The notes under the pieces were generated by a model, which was not told the DNA's origin, did not search any database, and was given only the letters and a program-made list of their open reading frames with translations. From Gammaproteobacteria bacterium (lineage in GTDB: Bacteria; Pseudomonadota; Gammaproteobacteria; QZLD01), in contig QZLD01000028.1 in assembly GCA_004796385.1 (NCBI GenBank), positions 1 to 42,694 of the forward strand: DNA of 42,694 nucleotides, given 5' to 3'. Numbering within the stretch: the stretch's first letter is position 1; every line of letters starts with the position of its first letter. Positions 35,608 to 42,694 of this stretch are shown here, in pieces. A program made the translations under genes and the position numbers.

Positions 35608-36062
35608 TCAGTTTAAAAACCTTTCCAAAAAGCCATTAGAGCCTTGAATCATATTCGGCTTTAGTTCTTTATCTTCTGGAAAGGTATATCTTTTAGTATA
35701 TTCGAAGAAAACAACGTCGATTACATCTTCTTTTTTCCACTTCACAAGCCATACTAGACATAATGATTCCCTCCTTCCGTATCGTATCTCAAACTTTGCA
35801 GACACTTACCTTGCCCATTTTTTAAATATAAAAATATCTGCTTATTACTATAAGCTGAGAACGCTTTTCCGAGAGCTCCATTTGATGTAATCAATAGCTT
35901 ATCCTGAGATAAGCCTGCATCAAAAGTCGCACTTCCGCCAACTTGTGTATGACTGCAGCACCCTGAAACAATAAGTCAGGTGATGAAAATAAGTGCCGTG
36001 ATTATCTTTTGGTTTGTTATTAGGGCATATTTTGTTGGATAGTTTTGTTGGTGAATTCCCAT
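35608..36062 (-). pseudogene. Decayed lipoprotein gene (in-frame TGA within the signal peptide plus a downstream frame break)
   Basis: Reading the minus strand from the ATG at 36062..36060 gives MGIHQQNYPTKYALITNQKIITALIFIT*LIVSGCCSHTQVGGSATFDAGLSQDKLLITSNGALGKAFSAYSNKQIFLYLKNGQGKCLQSLRYDTEGGNHYV*. The internal TGA is at 35978..35976, and with Trp there the signal peptide plus lipobox (LIVSG-C) would be ideal. The 65-aa track ORF 35608..35805 continues in another frame. Confidence 0.5.
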
Positions 36063-36107
36063 GCACAGCGAGGTAACTAGAAAAGCTTTCCATTTAATGA
36101 GGTAAAT

Positions 36108-36686
36108 CTACTCACCCTTAAAGTCTTTTTCGTACTCTTCCATTATCATCTCCAGAATTGGTGGTAGATTGGTGGAGAGTTGGGTTTTGAGGCTTTTTTT
36201 GATGATCTTGGAGCTCTGTTCCAGTGCTTCGGATATGGCTGAATCTACTGCTGATTTAATCACCTCTTCCATTTGCATGCTTAGCTCTTTGCGGACGTCG
36301 CCTGAGATGTCGTCGATCAGATCGTCGATATCGTTTTTGAGTGATTCAAAGCGTTTTTTTAGTGACTGACCATTGTCGATTTTTTGTGTGATAGCTTTGG
36401 GGGCGGCAGTTGGTGCAGCTGGTTTTTTTTCGCTGGCTTTTTTTACTGTTGTCTTTGGTGCTGGTGCAATTTTTGGTTTTTCTGTTTTAGTGGAGCTTGC
36501 CTTTATCGGTTTTACAATGGCATTTTCGGTTTTTTGAATGTCTGGTTTATTTTTTTCTGTTGGGGCTTCAAAATCTTCATTGATCAATTCCGGAATTGAG
36601 TTTTGGTTGTCGTCGCAGATAAACTCTTCATTGTCATCTTCAAAGACAAATATGTCTGTTAGAATGGGGATATCCTTATCTGTCAT
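36108..36686 (-). CDS. Hypothetical acidic / Lys-Pro-Ala-rich low-complexity protein, translationally coupled to holC
   Basis: Its ATG lies 2 nt after the holC TAA, with a GGAGG 7 nt upstream inside the holC 3' end. It has an acidic N-terminus, a KPKIAPAPKTTVKKASEKKPAAPTAAPKA linker and an amphipathic helical C-terminus. Confidence 0.55.
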   Translation of the reverse strand: MTDKDIPILTDIFVFEDDNEEFICDDNQNSIPELINEDFEAPTEKNKPDIQKTENAIVKPIKASSTKTEKPKIAPAPKTTVKKASEKKPAAPTAAPKAITQKIDNGQSLKKRFESLKNDIDDLIDDISGDVRKELSMQMEEVIKSAVDSAISEALEQSSKIIKKSLKTQLSTNLPPILEMIMEEYEKDFKGE

Positions 36687-36688
36687 GG

Positions 36689-37123
36689 TTACACCTCCAG
36701 ATTGTGTGTATTTAGATGATAGCCGCGGTCTTTGTAGAATTTGTATCTTTCCCTTGCCTTGGCTTTACTGGTTTCGTTGTTGGGTACTATCTCGGCGACC
36801 CGTTCATAACTGCTGAAGAAATCGGTGATCTGTTCACTGAGGTTAATCATAACTTCCGATTTTATTGCTATTGGGTTTTGATCGCTGATTACTATCGGGT
36901 TGTTCTTGTGGGTTTCTGCTGAGTTTTGTATCTCATGTGGCAAAAAGCTGCCTTGGCGAAATGTCCAGAGCATACTGTCTATGACCTGTGACTGAGCAGT
37001 TTCTGCTGTGTAGATAAAAATTTCATGACCAGCCAGATATGCCTTTTCTGTAATTTTACACGCCAGAAGTTCTTTGTCGTTCTGGCGGTTATTGCTCAGT
37101 ATGTAAAAATCTATTCTGGTCAT
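36689..37123 (-). CDS. holC: DNA polymerase III chi subunit
   Basis: The N-terminus is MTRIDFYIL. The C-terminus ..AKARERYKFYKDRGYHLNTH.. is collinear with E. coli HolC (ARERYKAYRVAGFNLNT). It is 144 aa and sits immediately downstream of pepA, as in E. coli. Confidence 0.85.
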   Translation of the reverse strand: MTRIDFYILSNNRQNDKELLACKITEKAYLAGHEIFIYTAETAQSQVIDSMLWTFRQGSFLPHEIQNSAETHKNNPIVISDQNPIAIKSEVMINLSEQITDFFSSYERVAEIVPNNETSKAKARERYKFYKDRGYHLNTHNLEV

Positions 37124-37132
37124 GGGATTGAG

Positions 37133-38683
37133 TTACTTCTCTTCTTCTGCTTTTGTTTTTTTTGTTTCCGGTACGTTTTCATTTTTTGCAGCCAGATCAC
37201 ATAGCAGTTGTACCAGTAGTGGTACGGGGCGACCGGTTGCCCCTTTGGCTTTACCGCTTTTCCATGCGGTTCCGGCAATATCTATATGTGCCCATTTCTG
37301 CTCTTTGGTGAATTCTGAGAGGAAGCAGCCGGCTGTAATGGTTCCGGCATCACGCCCGCCAACATTAGCAAGATCGGCAAAATTGCTTTTAAGTAGATCA
37401 GCATATTCTTCGTCAAGTGGTAGTTCCCAGCCTCTGTCATCTGCTTTTTCGCCTGCACTGAGTATTGAGTCTACCAGCTCTTTATCATTACCCATCACAC
37501 CATGACGATATGCCCCCAGCGCGACAATGCAGGCACCGGTTAAAGTTGCAATGTCAATAATCAGTTGAGGTTTGTATTTTGCGGAGTAGGTGAGGGCATC
37601 GCAAAGGATTAACCTGCCTTCGGCATCTGTATTGAGGATTTCGATAGTTTTTCCAGCCATGCTGGTGACGATATCGCCCGGCTTGTTTGCCTTGCCATCC
37701 GGCAGGTTTTCACTGGATGGGACAACGGCTATTACATTGATCGGTAGTTGTAGTTCGGCACAGGCTGCAATTGTGCCGATTACACTTGCACCGCCACACA
37801 TATCGTATTTCATCTCGTCCATTGCGGCTGCTGGTTTCAGAGATATACCACCGGCATCAAAGGTTAGCCCTTTGCCCACAAGAACTATAGGCGCTACCGT
37901 TTTTTTAGCACCACTGTATTTTATGGCAATAAGTCGCGCTTCTTCTTCGCTGCCTTTGGATACTGAGAGCAGTGAGCCCATTTTCAGTTTTTCCATATCC
38001 TTTTCGTCAAGTATTTCGATGGATGTTTTTGCAAGCTTTTTGACTATCTTTTTTGCCTTTTCAGCAAGATCACTTGGTGTACAGTGGTTGCCGGGCAGGT
38101 TTGCGAGATCTTTGGCTATGGTCTGTCCGTTGGCAATAGCCTGACCTATGGCAACAGCATCTTTAAATTTTGCCAGTCCACTTTTTTGCGGAACTAAAAA
38201 TGTAACTTTGCTGAGTTTTGGCTGGTCTTCTTCTTTTACATCTGTTTTGAGTTGATTAAAACTGTATGGCTGATTAGCAAGTATCTGTGTGCCTTTGCCA
38301 AGTTGCTCGCAGTAAAAATCTGTCTGGTCGGACTCTTCATCGGTTGTGACCAGCTGAATAGTAATATCTTCAAGCTTTTTGGGTGTGGCGGCTGCGGTAG
38401 TATCAAAAAATTTAATTATTTCTTTTTCTGCGAATTTTTCTTTTTTGCCACAGCCGACAATTAACAACCTTTTACAGAGAAGGTTGGTTGTATTTGGTAT
38501 AAGGAGTTTCTCACCTTTCTTTCCGGTTATGTCTCTACTTTCCAGAAGATTGGTTATCAGATTATTGCTAAGGCTGTTGATTTTTTCGATAGTTTCGTTT
38601 GTGGTTTCATCTTCAAATATGCCCAGAACCAGACAGGCTGTCTTCTGGTTCTCTGGTCTTGCTGTTTTTACTGAAAATTCCAT
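37133..38683 (-). CDS. pepA: Leucyl aminopeptidase (M17 family)
   Basis: It has the M17 signature NTDAEGRLILCDAL, plus VGKGLTFDAGGISLKP and MKYDMCGGA. It is divergent from lptF, as in enterobacteria. Confidence 0.9.
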   Translation of the reverse strand: MEFSVKTARPENQKTACLVLGIFEDETTNETIEKINSLSNNLITNLLESRDITGKKGEKLLIPNTTNLLCKRLLIVGCGKKEKFAEKEIIKFFDTTAAATPKKLEDITIQLVTTDEESDQTDFYCEQLGKGTQILANQPYSFNQLKTDVKEEDQPKLSKVTFLVPQKSGLAKFKDAVAIGQAIANGQTIAKDLANLPGNHCTPSDLAEKAKKIVKKLAKTSIEILDEKDMEKLKMGSLLSVSKGSEEEARLIAIKYSGAKKTVAPIVLVGKGLTFDAGGISLKPAAAMDEMKYDMCGGASVIGTIAACAELQLPINVIAVVPSSENLPDGKANKPGDIVTSMAGKTIEILNTDAEGRLILCDALTYSAKYKPQLIIDIATLTGACIVALGAYRHGVMGNDKELVDSILSAGEKADDRGWELPLDEEYADLLKSNFADLANVGGRDAGTITAGCFLSEFTKEQKWAHIDIAGTAWKSGKAKGATGRPVPLLVQLLCDLAAKNENVPETKKTKAEEEK

Positions 38684-38909
38684 TGCGTTACCTCTTGCTT
38701 TACTTTGAGTTTTGTGTTTCGTATCTATGCTCTTGCCTGTTGTGAACTGTATTCAATAGATCTTGCTGTTTGATTTCAGGCTGTATCCATAAGGCTTGTC
38801 TTAATGAGATGGAGCTTGCTTTTTAAAAAAATGACTATGCACCGGATTTTAGAGTAAAATGCGTTTTTTTTCATTATTAATTGTTTAGAGCTTTTAGCGG
38901 GAAGTCTGA

Positions 38910-40013
38910 GTGAAACCGAAGAAGATCGAGTTGTATATTGCAAAAGAGCTATTTTTGACGTGGTTTTCGGTCTCGTTTGTTTTGGTGGCTATTCTGCTTG
39001 TTAATCGTTTTATTAAGTTTCTTTCGCAGGCGGCAAATGGTGAGTTACCTGCAGATTTAGTTGCCGTTCTTCTTGCTTATAAAGCTATTGAATATTTTCC
39101 TTTGTTGCTGCCGTTTACGTTATTCATAGGGGCAATGCTGACCCTGGGTAGGTTAGGGCGTGATAACGAGATGACGGTAATGCTGTCATGTGGTATTGGT
39201 CCATCTGTATTGTACAGGGCGATTTCTTTTGTCGTAGTACCGTTGTTTGCCTTGGTTTTTTATCTGTCTGTGTATTTGTCTCCTTGGGCTGTTGGTGCTG
39301 GTACAGCTATTTCAGAAAATAGCAAAGTGAGCAATGATATCAGTGCAATAGAGGTGGGGCGGTTTACTAAGGGGGATAGCGGCAAAGAGGCATTCTATGC
39401 ACAGGAGAGGGATGCTGAAAATGATAATTTGAAGGATGTGTTTTTGCGTCACGGAAGAGATGGTCAAACAGTTGTGGTTTTGGCAGATAGTGCCAGCTAT
39501 GAAGAGAAGCATGATTCGCGTTATATGGTATTTCGCAAAGGTTATCGCTATGAAGGAATTATTGGTGAAAAACAGTGGAATATTACCAGCTTTGGAGTGC
39601 ATGGAGTAGATGCAGGTAAAGAGAAAAAAACTACTGTTGCCTCAGAATATAAGGCTAAGGAGATTGCAGAGCTATATAGCTCAAAAAGCAAAAGGGATAT
39701 TGCCGAGTTTCATTGGCGTTTGGCAATGCCGCTTATGCTGCTGCTTCTGGCATTTTCCGTTCTGCCTTTGGGTAAGGTTTCGCCCAGAGAGGGACGTTTT
39801 GGTAGGTTATTTGCGGCAATTCTTATCTATTTTGCATATCTTAAACTGTTAACTCTGGGGCGAGGGCTTATAGAGAAAGGTAGTATTCCTTCGTTTGCAG
39901 GGTTGTGGTGGGTGCATATTATCTTTATCGTTTTTGCAGTTTTTCTTTATTGGCGTACTTTTGGATTTGGAGAGACGGGGGGTAGAAAAGTTGGCAAAAG
40001 GAAATCTGCATGA
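38910..40013 (+). CDS. lptF: LPS export ABC transporter permease LptF
   Basis: It has a GTG start. By eye it is collinear with E. coli LptF (..G.LP...V..LL......Y...LLP..LF.G..L.LGRL..D.E..VM..CG). It overlaps lptG by 4 nt (ATGA). Confidence 0.85.
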   Translation: MKPKKIELYIAKELFLTWFSVSFVLVAILLVNRFIKFLSQAANGELPADLVAVLLAYKAIEYFPLLLPFTLFIGAMLTLGRLGRDNEMTVMLSCGIGPSVLYRAISFVVVPLFALVFYLSVYLSPWAVGAGTAISENSKVSNDISAIEVGRFTKGDSGKEAFYAQERDAENDNLKDVFLRHGRDGQTVVVLADSASYEEKHDSRYMVFRKGYRYEGIIGEKQWNITSFGVHGVDAGKEKKTTVASEYKAKEIAELYSSKSKRDIAEFHWRLAMPLMLLLLAFSVLPLGKVSPREGRFGRLFAAILIYFAYLKLLTLGRGLIEKGSIPSFAGLWWVHIIFIVFAVFLYWRTFGFGETGGRKVGKRKSA

Positions 40014-41074
40014 GAATTATTGACAGATATATCGCTGTTACAGTTGCCTGTTATGTTATTGCAGCGCTTTTTGTATTGGTGATATTGCAGATGGCATTTG
40101 GCTTTCTGGATGAAATGGGAGATGTCGGTAAAGGCAGCTATACAGCAGGAAAGGCAGCATATTATATAGCTATGACAACGCCAAACAGAGTTTATGAGAT
40201 GTTTCCTCTGGCAGCGCTTATTGGTAGCCTTTTAGGTTTGGGGGCAATGGCAGGAAGCAGCGAACTGACGATAATACGGGCATCCGGAGTATCTGTTTAC
40301 AGGATTGTATTTTCTGTTATCAAAATCGGAATTATTTTATCTGCGCTTACTTTCACTATAGGCGAGTGGTTATCTCCACCAATAAATAGTTTTGCCAGAA
40401 GCTATAGGGCGGATGCAATTTCAGAGAGGCTTTCAGTTACGGTTAACGGATCTTTTTGGCTGAAAGATGGTGATAGGGTTGTCAGTGTCAGGCAGGCAAT
40501 ATCCAAAGATGTACTTGCAGATATTGTTATTTATAGATATTCAAATGATAGGCAGTTACAGGCAATAATCTCAGCACCAAAGGCGCAGCATAGCGAGAGT
40601 GGTTGGGTTTTAGCTGATGCCGCAATTACCAGGTTTAACAGCAACGGGGTAACAGTTGATAAGGGGCAAGATTATATCTGGCATGGTGGTTTTCAGCCGG
40701 AAAATATTGAGGTTGTCAGTTCCAGACCGGACTATCTCTCTCTGAAAAAACTCTGGGAATATATCGGGTATCAGCAGAAAAACGGATTGGAATCTGCCAA
40801 ATATGAGTTGGCATTCTGGAATAAGCTGGCATCACCTTTTTCAACAATGGTGATGCTTATTATTTCTATTCCGTTTGTCTTTGGTTCGCTGCGATCCGTT
40901 GGGACAGGGCAAAGGTTGATGCTGGGTATAGTTCTTGGTATCGGCTACTTCCTGATTAGCCGCATACTTTCAACCAGTGGCGTGGTCTATGAGCTTAACC
41001 CTGTCTTTTGTGCCTTTTTTCCGCTGATGCTGTTTCTGTTTCCGGGGTTGTTTGCTATTTACAGGGTTGAGTAG
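40010..41074 (+). CDS. lptG: LPS export ABC transporter permease LptG
   Basis: The N-terminus is MRIIDRYI. It has YjgP/YjgQ family topology (3 TM segments, a periplasmic beta-jellyroll, 3 TM segments), and shows the lptF-lptG pairing. Confidence 0.85.
   Translation: MRIIDRYIAVTVACYVIAALFVLVILQMAFGFLDEMGDVGKGSYTAGKAAYYIAMTTPNRVYEMFPLAALIGSLLGLGAMAGSSELTIIRASGVSVYRIVFSVIKIGIILSALTFTIGEWLSPPINSFARSYRADAISERLSVTVNGSFWLKDGDRVVSVRQAISKDVLADIVIYRYSNDRQLQAIISAPKAQHSESGWVLADAAITRFNSNGVTVDKGQDYIWHGGFQPENIEVVSSRPDYLSLKKLWEYIGYQQKNGLESAKYELAFWNKLASPFSTMVMLIISIPFVFGSLRSVGTGQRLMLGIVLGIGYFLISRILSTSGVVYELNPVFCAFFPLMLFLFPGLFAIYRVE
40968..41074 (+). repeat. Direct repeat copy A (the functional 3' end of lptG)
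   Basis: The sequence is tttcaaccagtggcgtggtctatgagcttaaccctgtcttttgtgccttttttccgctgatgctgtttctgtttccggggttgtttgctatttacagggttgagtag. Confidence 0.85.
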
Positions 41075-41131
41075 GGATCTTTTGTCTGGCACCAAATATC
41101 CAAATATATAGTTACAAAGAGAGGAAAGCGA

Positions 41132-41809
41132 ATGTCCAAGAAGTCGATTTTTAAAGATAATACCAATAAAACTGTCAATGAAAATTATTATGCCTTTGCT
41201 TCCAAGGCGCGTAATTATTTTTTGAAAATAAATTTGTCCTTCTGGTTTTTGCTATTTGCTCTACTAATTTTTGGGATGCTTTATTCTATAAAATTGGTTT
41301 TTTCCGGGAGGGTTTTTGATGTTTTTGTGATGTTGTTTTTATGGTTTTCTATTGGGGGGTTGGCGTATTTTGTAGGGAAGTTCTGTTTGTTAAGAACATA
41401 TGAGCACTATAAGATTTTCAGCAATATACTATTTGTTTTAGAAAATAAAGAGTTGTGTGTTGGAGGGGCTGTGAATGGCAGTATTTATTTATCAAAAGCA
41501 TTTGACCAGTCGTTTATTACATTATATCTATGCAATTCGTCTTTCTTTTCTAGCAAAAAGAATGGTCTCGGTACTCATAGGGATCAAAAAGAGCCGGATG
41601 ATCCTGGTGTGAGGTTTGTGTTGCCAAAATCGTGTATGGTGGAAGTAGATGGATCAAGTATGAAACTGGATTTTTGGTTTGTTCTTGATGATCAGTTTAA
41701 TAGCGTGATTCAAGATTCTTCATGGTATATAGATGTTGTGGTAAGTGAATCCGGAAAATATATATATGAAAAGATAATGATTGGTATGGAGGATGATTCG
41801 ACTGATTAG
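41132..41809 (+). CDS. Hypothetical membrane protein (2 TM segments) in a segment bracketed by lptG 3'-end repeats
   Basis: A GAGAGGAAAG RBS region precedes the start. The two hydrophobic helices are FWFLLFALLIFGMLYSI and VFVMLFLWFSIGGLAYFV. I recognise no family. Confidence 0.5.
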   Translation: MSKKSIFKDNTNKTVNENYYAFASKARNYFLKINLSFWFLLFALLIFGMLYSIKLVFSGRVFDVFVMLFLWFSIGGLAYFVGKFCLLRTYEHYKIFSNILFVLENKELCVGGAVNGSIYLSKAFDQSFITLYLCNSSFFSSKKNGLGTHRDQKEPDDPGVRFVLPKSCMVEVDGSSMKLDFWFVLDDQFNSVIQDSSWYIDVVVSESGKYIYEKIMIGMEDDSTD

Positions 41810-41821
41810 CAGCCAGAATTT

Positions 41822-41922
41822 TTTCAACCAGTGGCGTGGTCTATGAGCTTACCCCTCTCTTTTGTGCCTTTTTTCCGCTGATGCTGTTTCCTGGGTTATG
41901 GGCGATTTACAAGGTGGAGTAG
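41822..41922 (+). repeat. Direct repeat copy B (orphan, diverged duplicate of the lptG 3' end, including the stop codon)
   Basis: It aligns to 40968..41074 with 2 substitutions in the first 68 nt, then a 6-nt deletion, then 7 substitutions in 33 nt (manual alignment). It retains an open frame FSTSGVVYELTPLFCAFFPLMLFPGLWAIYKVE*. Confidence 0.85.
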
Positions 41923-42105
41923 GCCATAATTGGAAATCCATAATCAATTATTTTCTTAAAAAAGTGCGTTATTTATCAAAAATGGATCTTAAATATACTG
42001 TTTTCTGTAGCCTGCCTATTAACCTACTATAATTAAAATGATTTTGGTTCATGACGTCTTTTGCTGCGTATATTTACGCACACAAATCTGTGTGAAGAGT
42101 TTTAT

Positions 42106-42694
42106 ATGATTAATATTTCGGACTTTTTGGTAGATAAAGTGATTTATCAATCACACAATACTGTTGTTTACCAAGGTAAAAGGCTTAGTGATAATGTTGC
42201 CGTTGTTATAAAAGCTTTAAATAACGAATACCCTGATAACTATCTTATTGAGCATTTTGAAAACGAGTATCAGCTACTTAAAGAGTTGGATTTTGATGGA
42301 ATTCCTCGTATATATTCTCTGGAAAAGTGCCAGAATGGTCTTGCCATTATTATGGAAGATTTCAATGGTGTTTCATTAAAGGATCTGCTTGGTTACTCAA
42401 AAACAGATATAAAAGAATTTCTCGATATTGCGATCCGGATAGTCGATGTCCTTGATTTTATACATAGTAAAAATATTATTCATAAAGACCTCAACTCTTC
42501 AAATATTTTGTTGAATAGGGAAGAGGGAGTTATAAAGGTAATAGATTTTGGCATCTCCGCAAAAATCTCGTCGGTAAAAGAGAGTCAGATAAACACTCGA
42601 TTAGACGGAACTTTGCCGTATATCTCTCCGGAACAGACCGGCAGAATGAATAAGTCTCTGGATTACCGAACAGATTTTTACTCTCTTGGGATTA
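42106..42694 (+). CDS. Ser/Thr protein kinase domain, N-terminal part of a gene that continues beyond the window
   Basis: From the ATG at 42106 the frame is open to the window end. The kinase motifs are VAVVIKAL (the VAIK-type Lys), HKDLNSSNILL (catalytic loop), VIDFGIS (DFG) and TLPYISPEQ (APE-like). This N-terminal kinase type commonly heads very large multidomain sensor proteins. Confidence 0.75.
   Translation, partial: MINISDFLVDKVIYQSHNTVVYQGKRLSDNVAVVIKALNNEYPDNYLIEHFENEYQLLKELDFDGIPRIYSLEKCQNGLAIIMEDFNGVSLKDLLGYSKTDIKEFLDIAIRIVDVLDFIHSKNIIHKDLNSSNILLNREEGVIKVIDFGISAKISSVKESQINTRLDGTLPYISPEQTGRMNKSLDYRTDFYSLGI

Noticed and set aside
35608-35805. The 65-aa track ORF as an independent gene
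   Set aside because: It has a GTG start and no RBS, and it overlaps the tail of the disrupted lipoprotein reading frame. It is better explained as a displaced frame of that pseudogene.
35976-35978. In-frame TGA as evidence for TGA=Trp recoding or an alternative genetic code
   Set aside because: TGA is used as the genuine stop codon of well-supported genes in this window (hydrolase 476..478, rep 9781..9783, lptF 40011..40013). A nonsense mutation in a decaying gene is the simpler explanation.
36169-36922. Plus-strand ORFs 36169..36369, 36384..36599, 36538..36816 and 36716..36922
   Set aside because: They are antisense to holC and the downstream low-complexity gene, and show no independent signals.
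37122-38708. Plus-strand track ORFs 37122..37505, 37590..38144, 38252..38464 and 38379..38708
   Set aside because: They are antisense to pepA, whose M17 motifs are unambiguous. They are Ser/Ala/Leu-rich translations typical of the reverse frame of a real gene.
1-42694. CRISPR arrays, transposases/IS elements, integrases, toxin-antitoxin pairs, tRNA/rRNA genes
   Set aside because: I looked for regular short repeat-spacer periodicity, DDE or tyrosine-recombinase motifs and tRNA-like cloverleaf regions in the intergenic gaps and found none. The only repeats are those listed: intragenic modules, the 30-bp His repeat and the lptG-end duplicate.

Overview
This is a visibly AT-rich 42.7-kb chromosomal segment, most likely from a gammaproteobacterium. 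That inference rests on the divergent pepA-holC / lptF-lptG block, the tatD-lolA-rarA run, and rep. Conserved housekeeping islands alternate with envelope and accessory genes. These include a 1445-aa secreted protein built from three tandem chitobiase-like/Ig-like/LamG modules, a porin-like OMP, and two paralogous lipoproteins ahead of a FecB/BtuF-type ABC importer. There is also a phasin-like gene, an orphan prepilin with a near-consensus sigma-54 promoter, an orphan multi-TM histidine kinase, an orphan LivK-like binding protein, and a YcfJ-like glycine-zipper protein with a His/Lys/Tyr repeat extension. The remainder comprises a REC-degenerate GGDEF-EAL response regulator, an OMP-miaA pair, a secreted 3x NBR1-like Ig protein, an IMPase-family gene and a partial Ser/Thr kinase. 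The most unusual locus is a 1321-aa NRPS-like protein (28314..32279). Its heterocyclization (Cy) domain and terminal PCP look intact, but its adenylation-like domain has lost its catalytic motifs and is interrupted, between the A8-like and A10-like motifs, by two tandem PilZ-like domains. It lies about 2.2 kb from the REC-GGDEF*-EAL regulator, which suggests a c-di-GMP-linked carrier-protein/Cy enzyme that I do not recognise as a described architecture. Other points are a ~100-bp diverged duplicate of the lptG 3' end flanking a single inserted ORF, and two decayed genes (an ankyrin-repeat gene and a lipoprotein gene). I found no CRISPR array, transposase, integrase, rRNA or tRNA. All domain calls are by-eye motif recognition and need profile searches.
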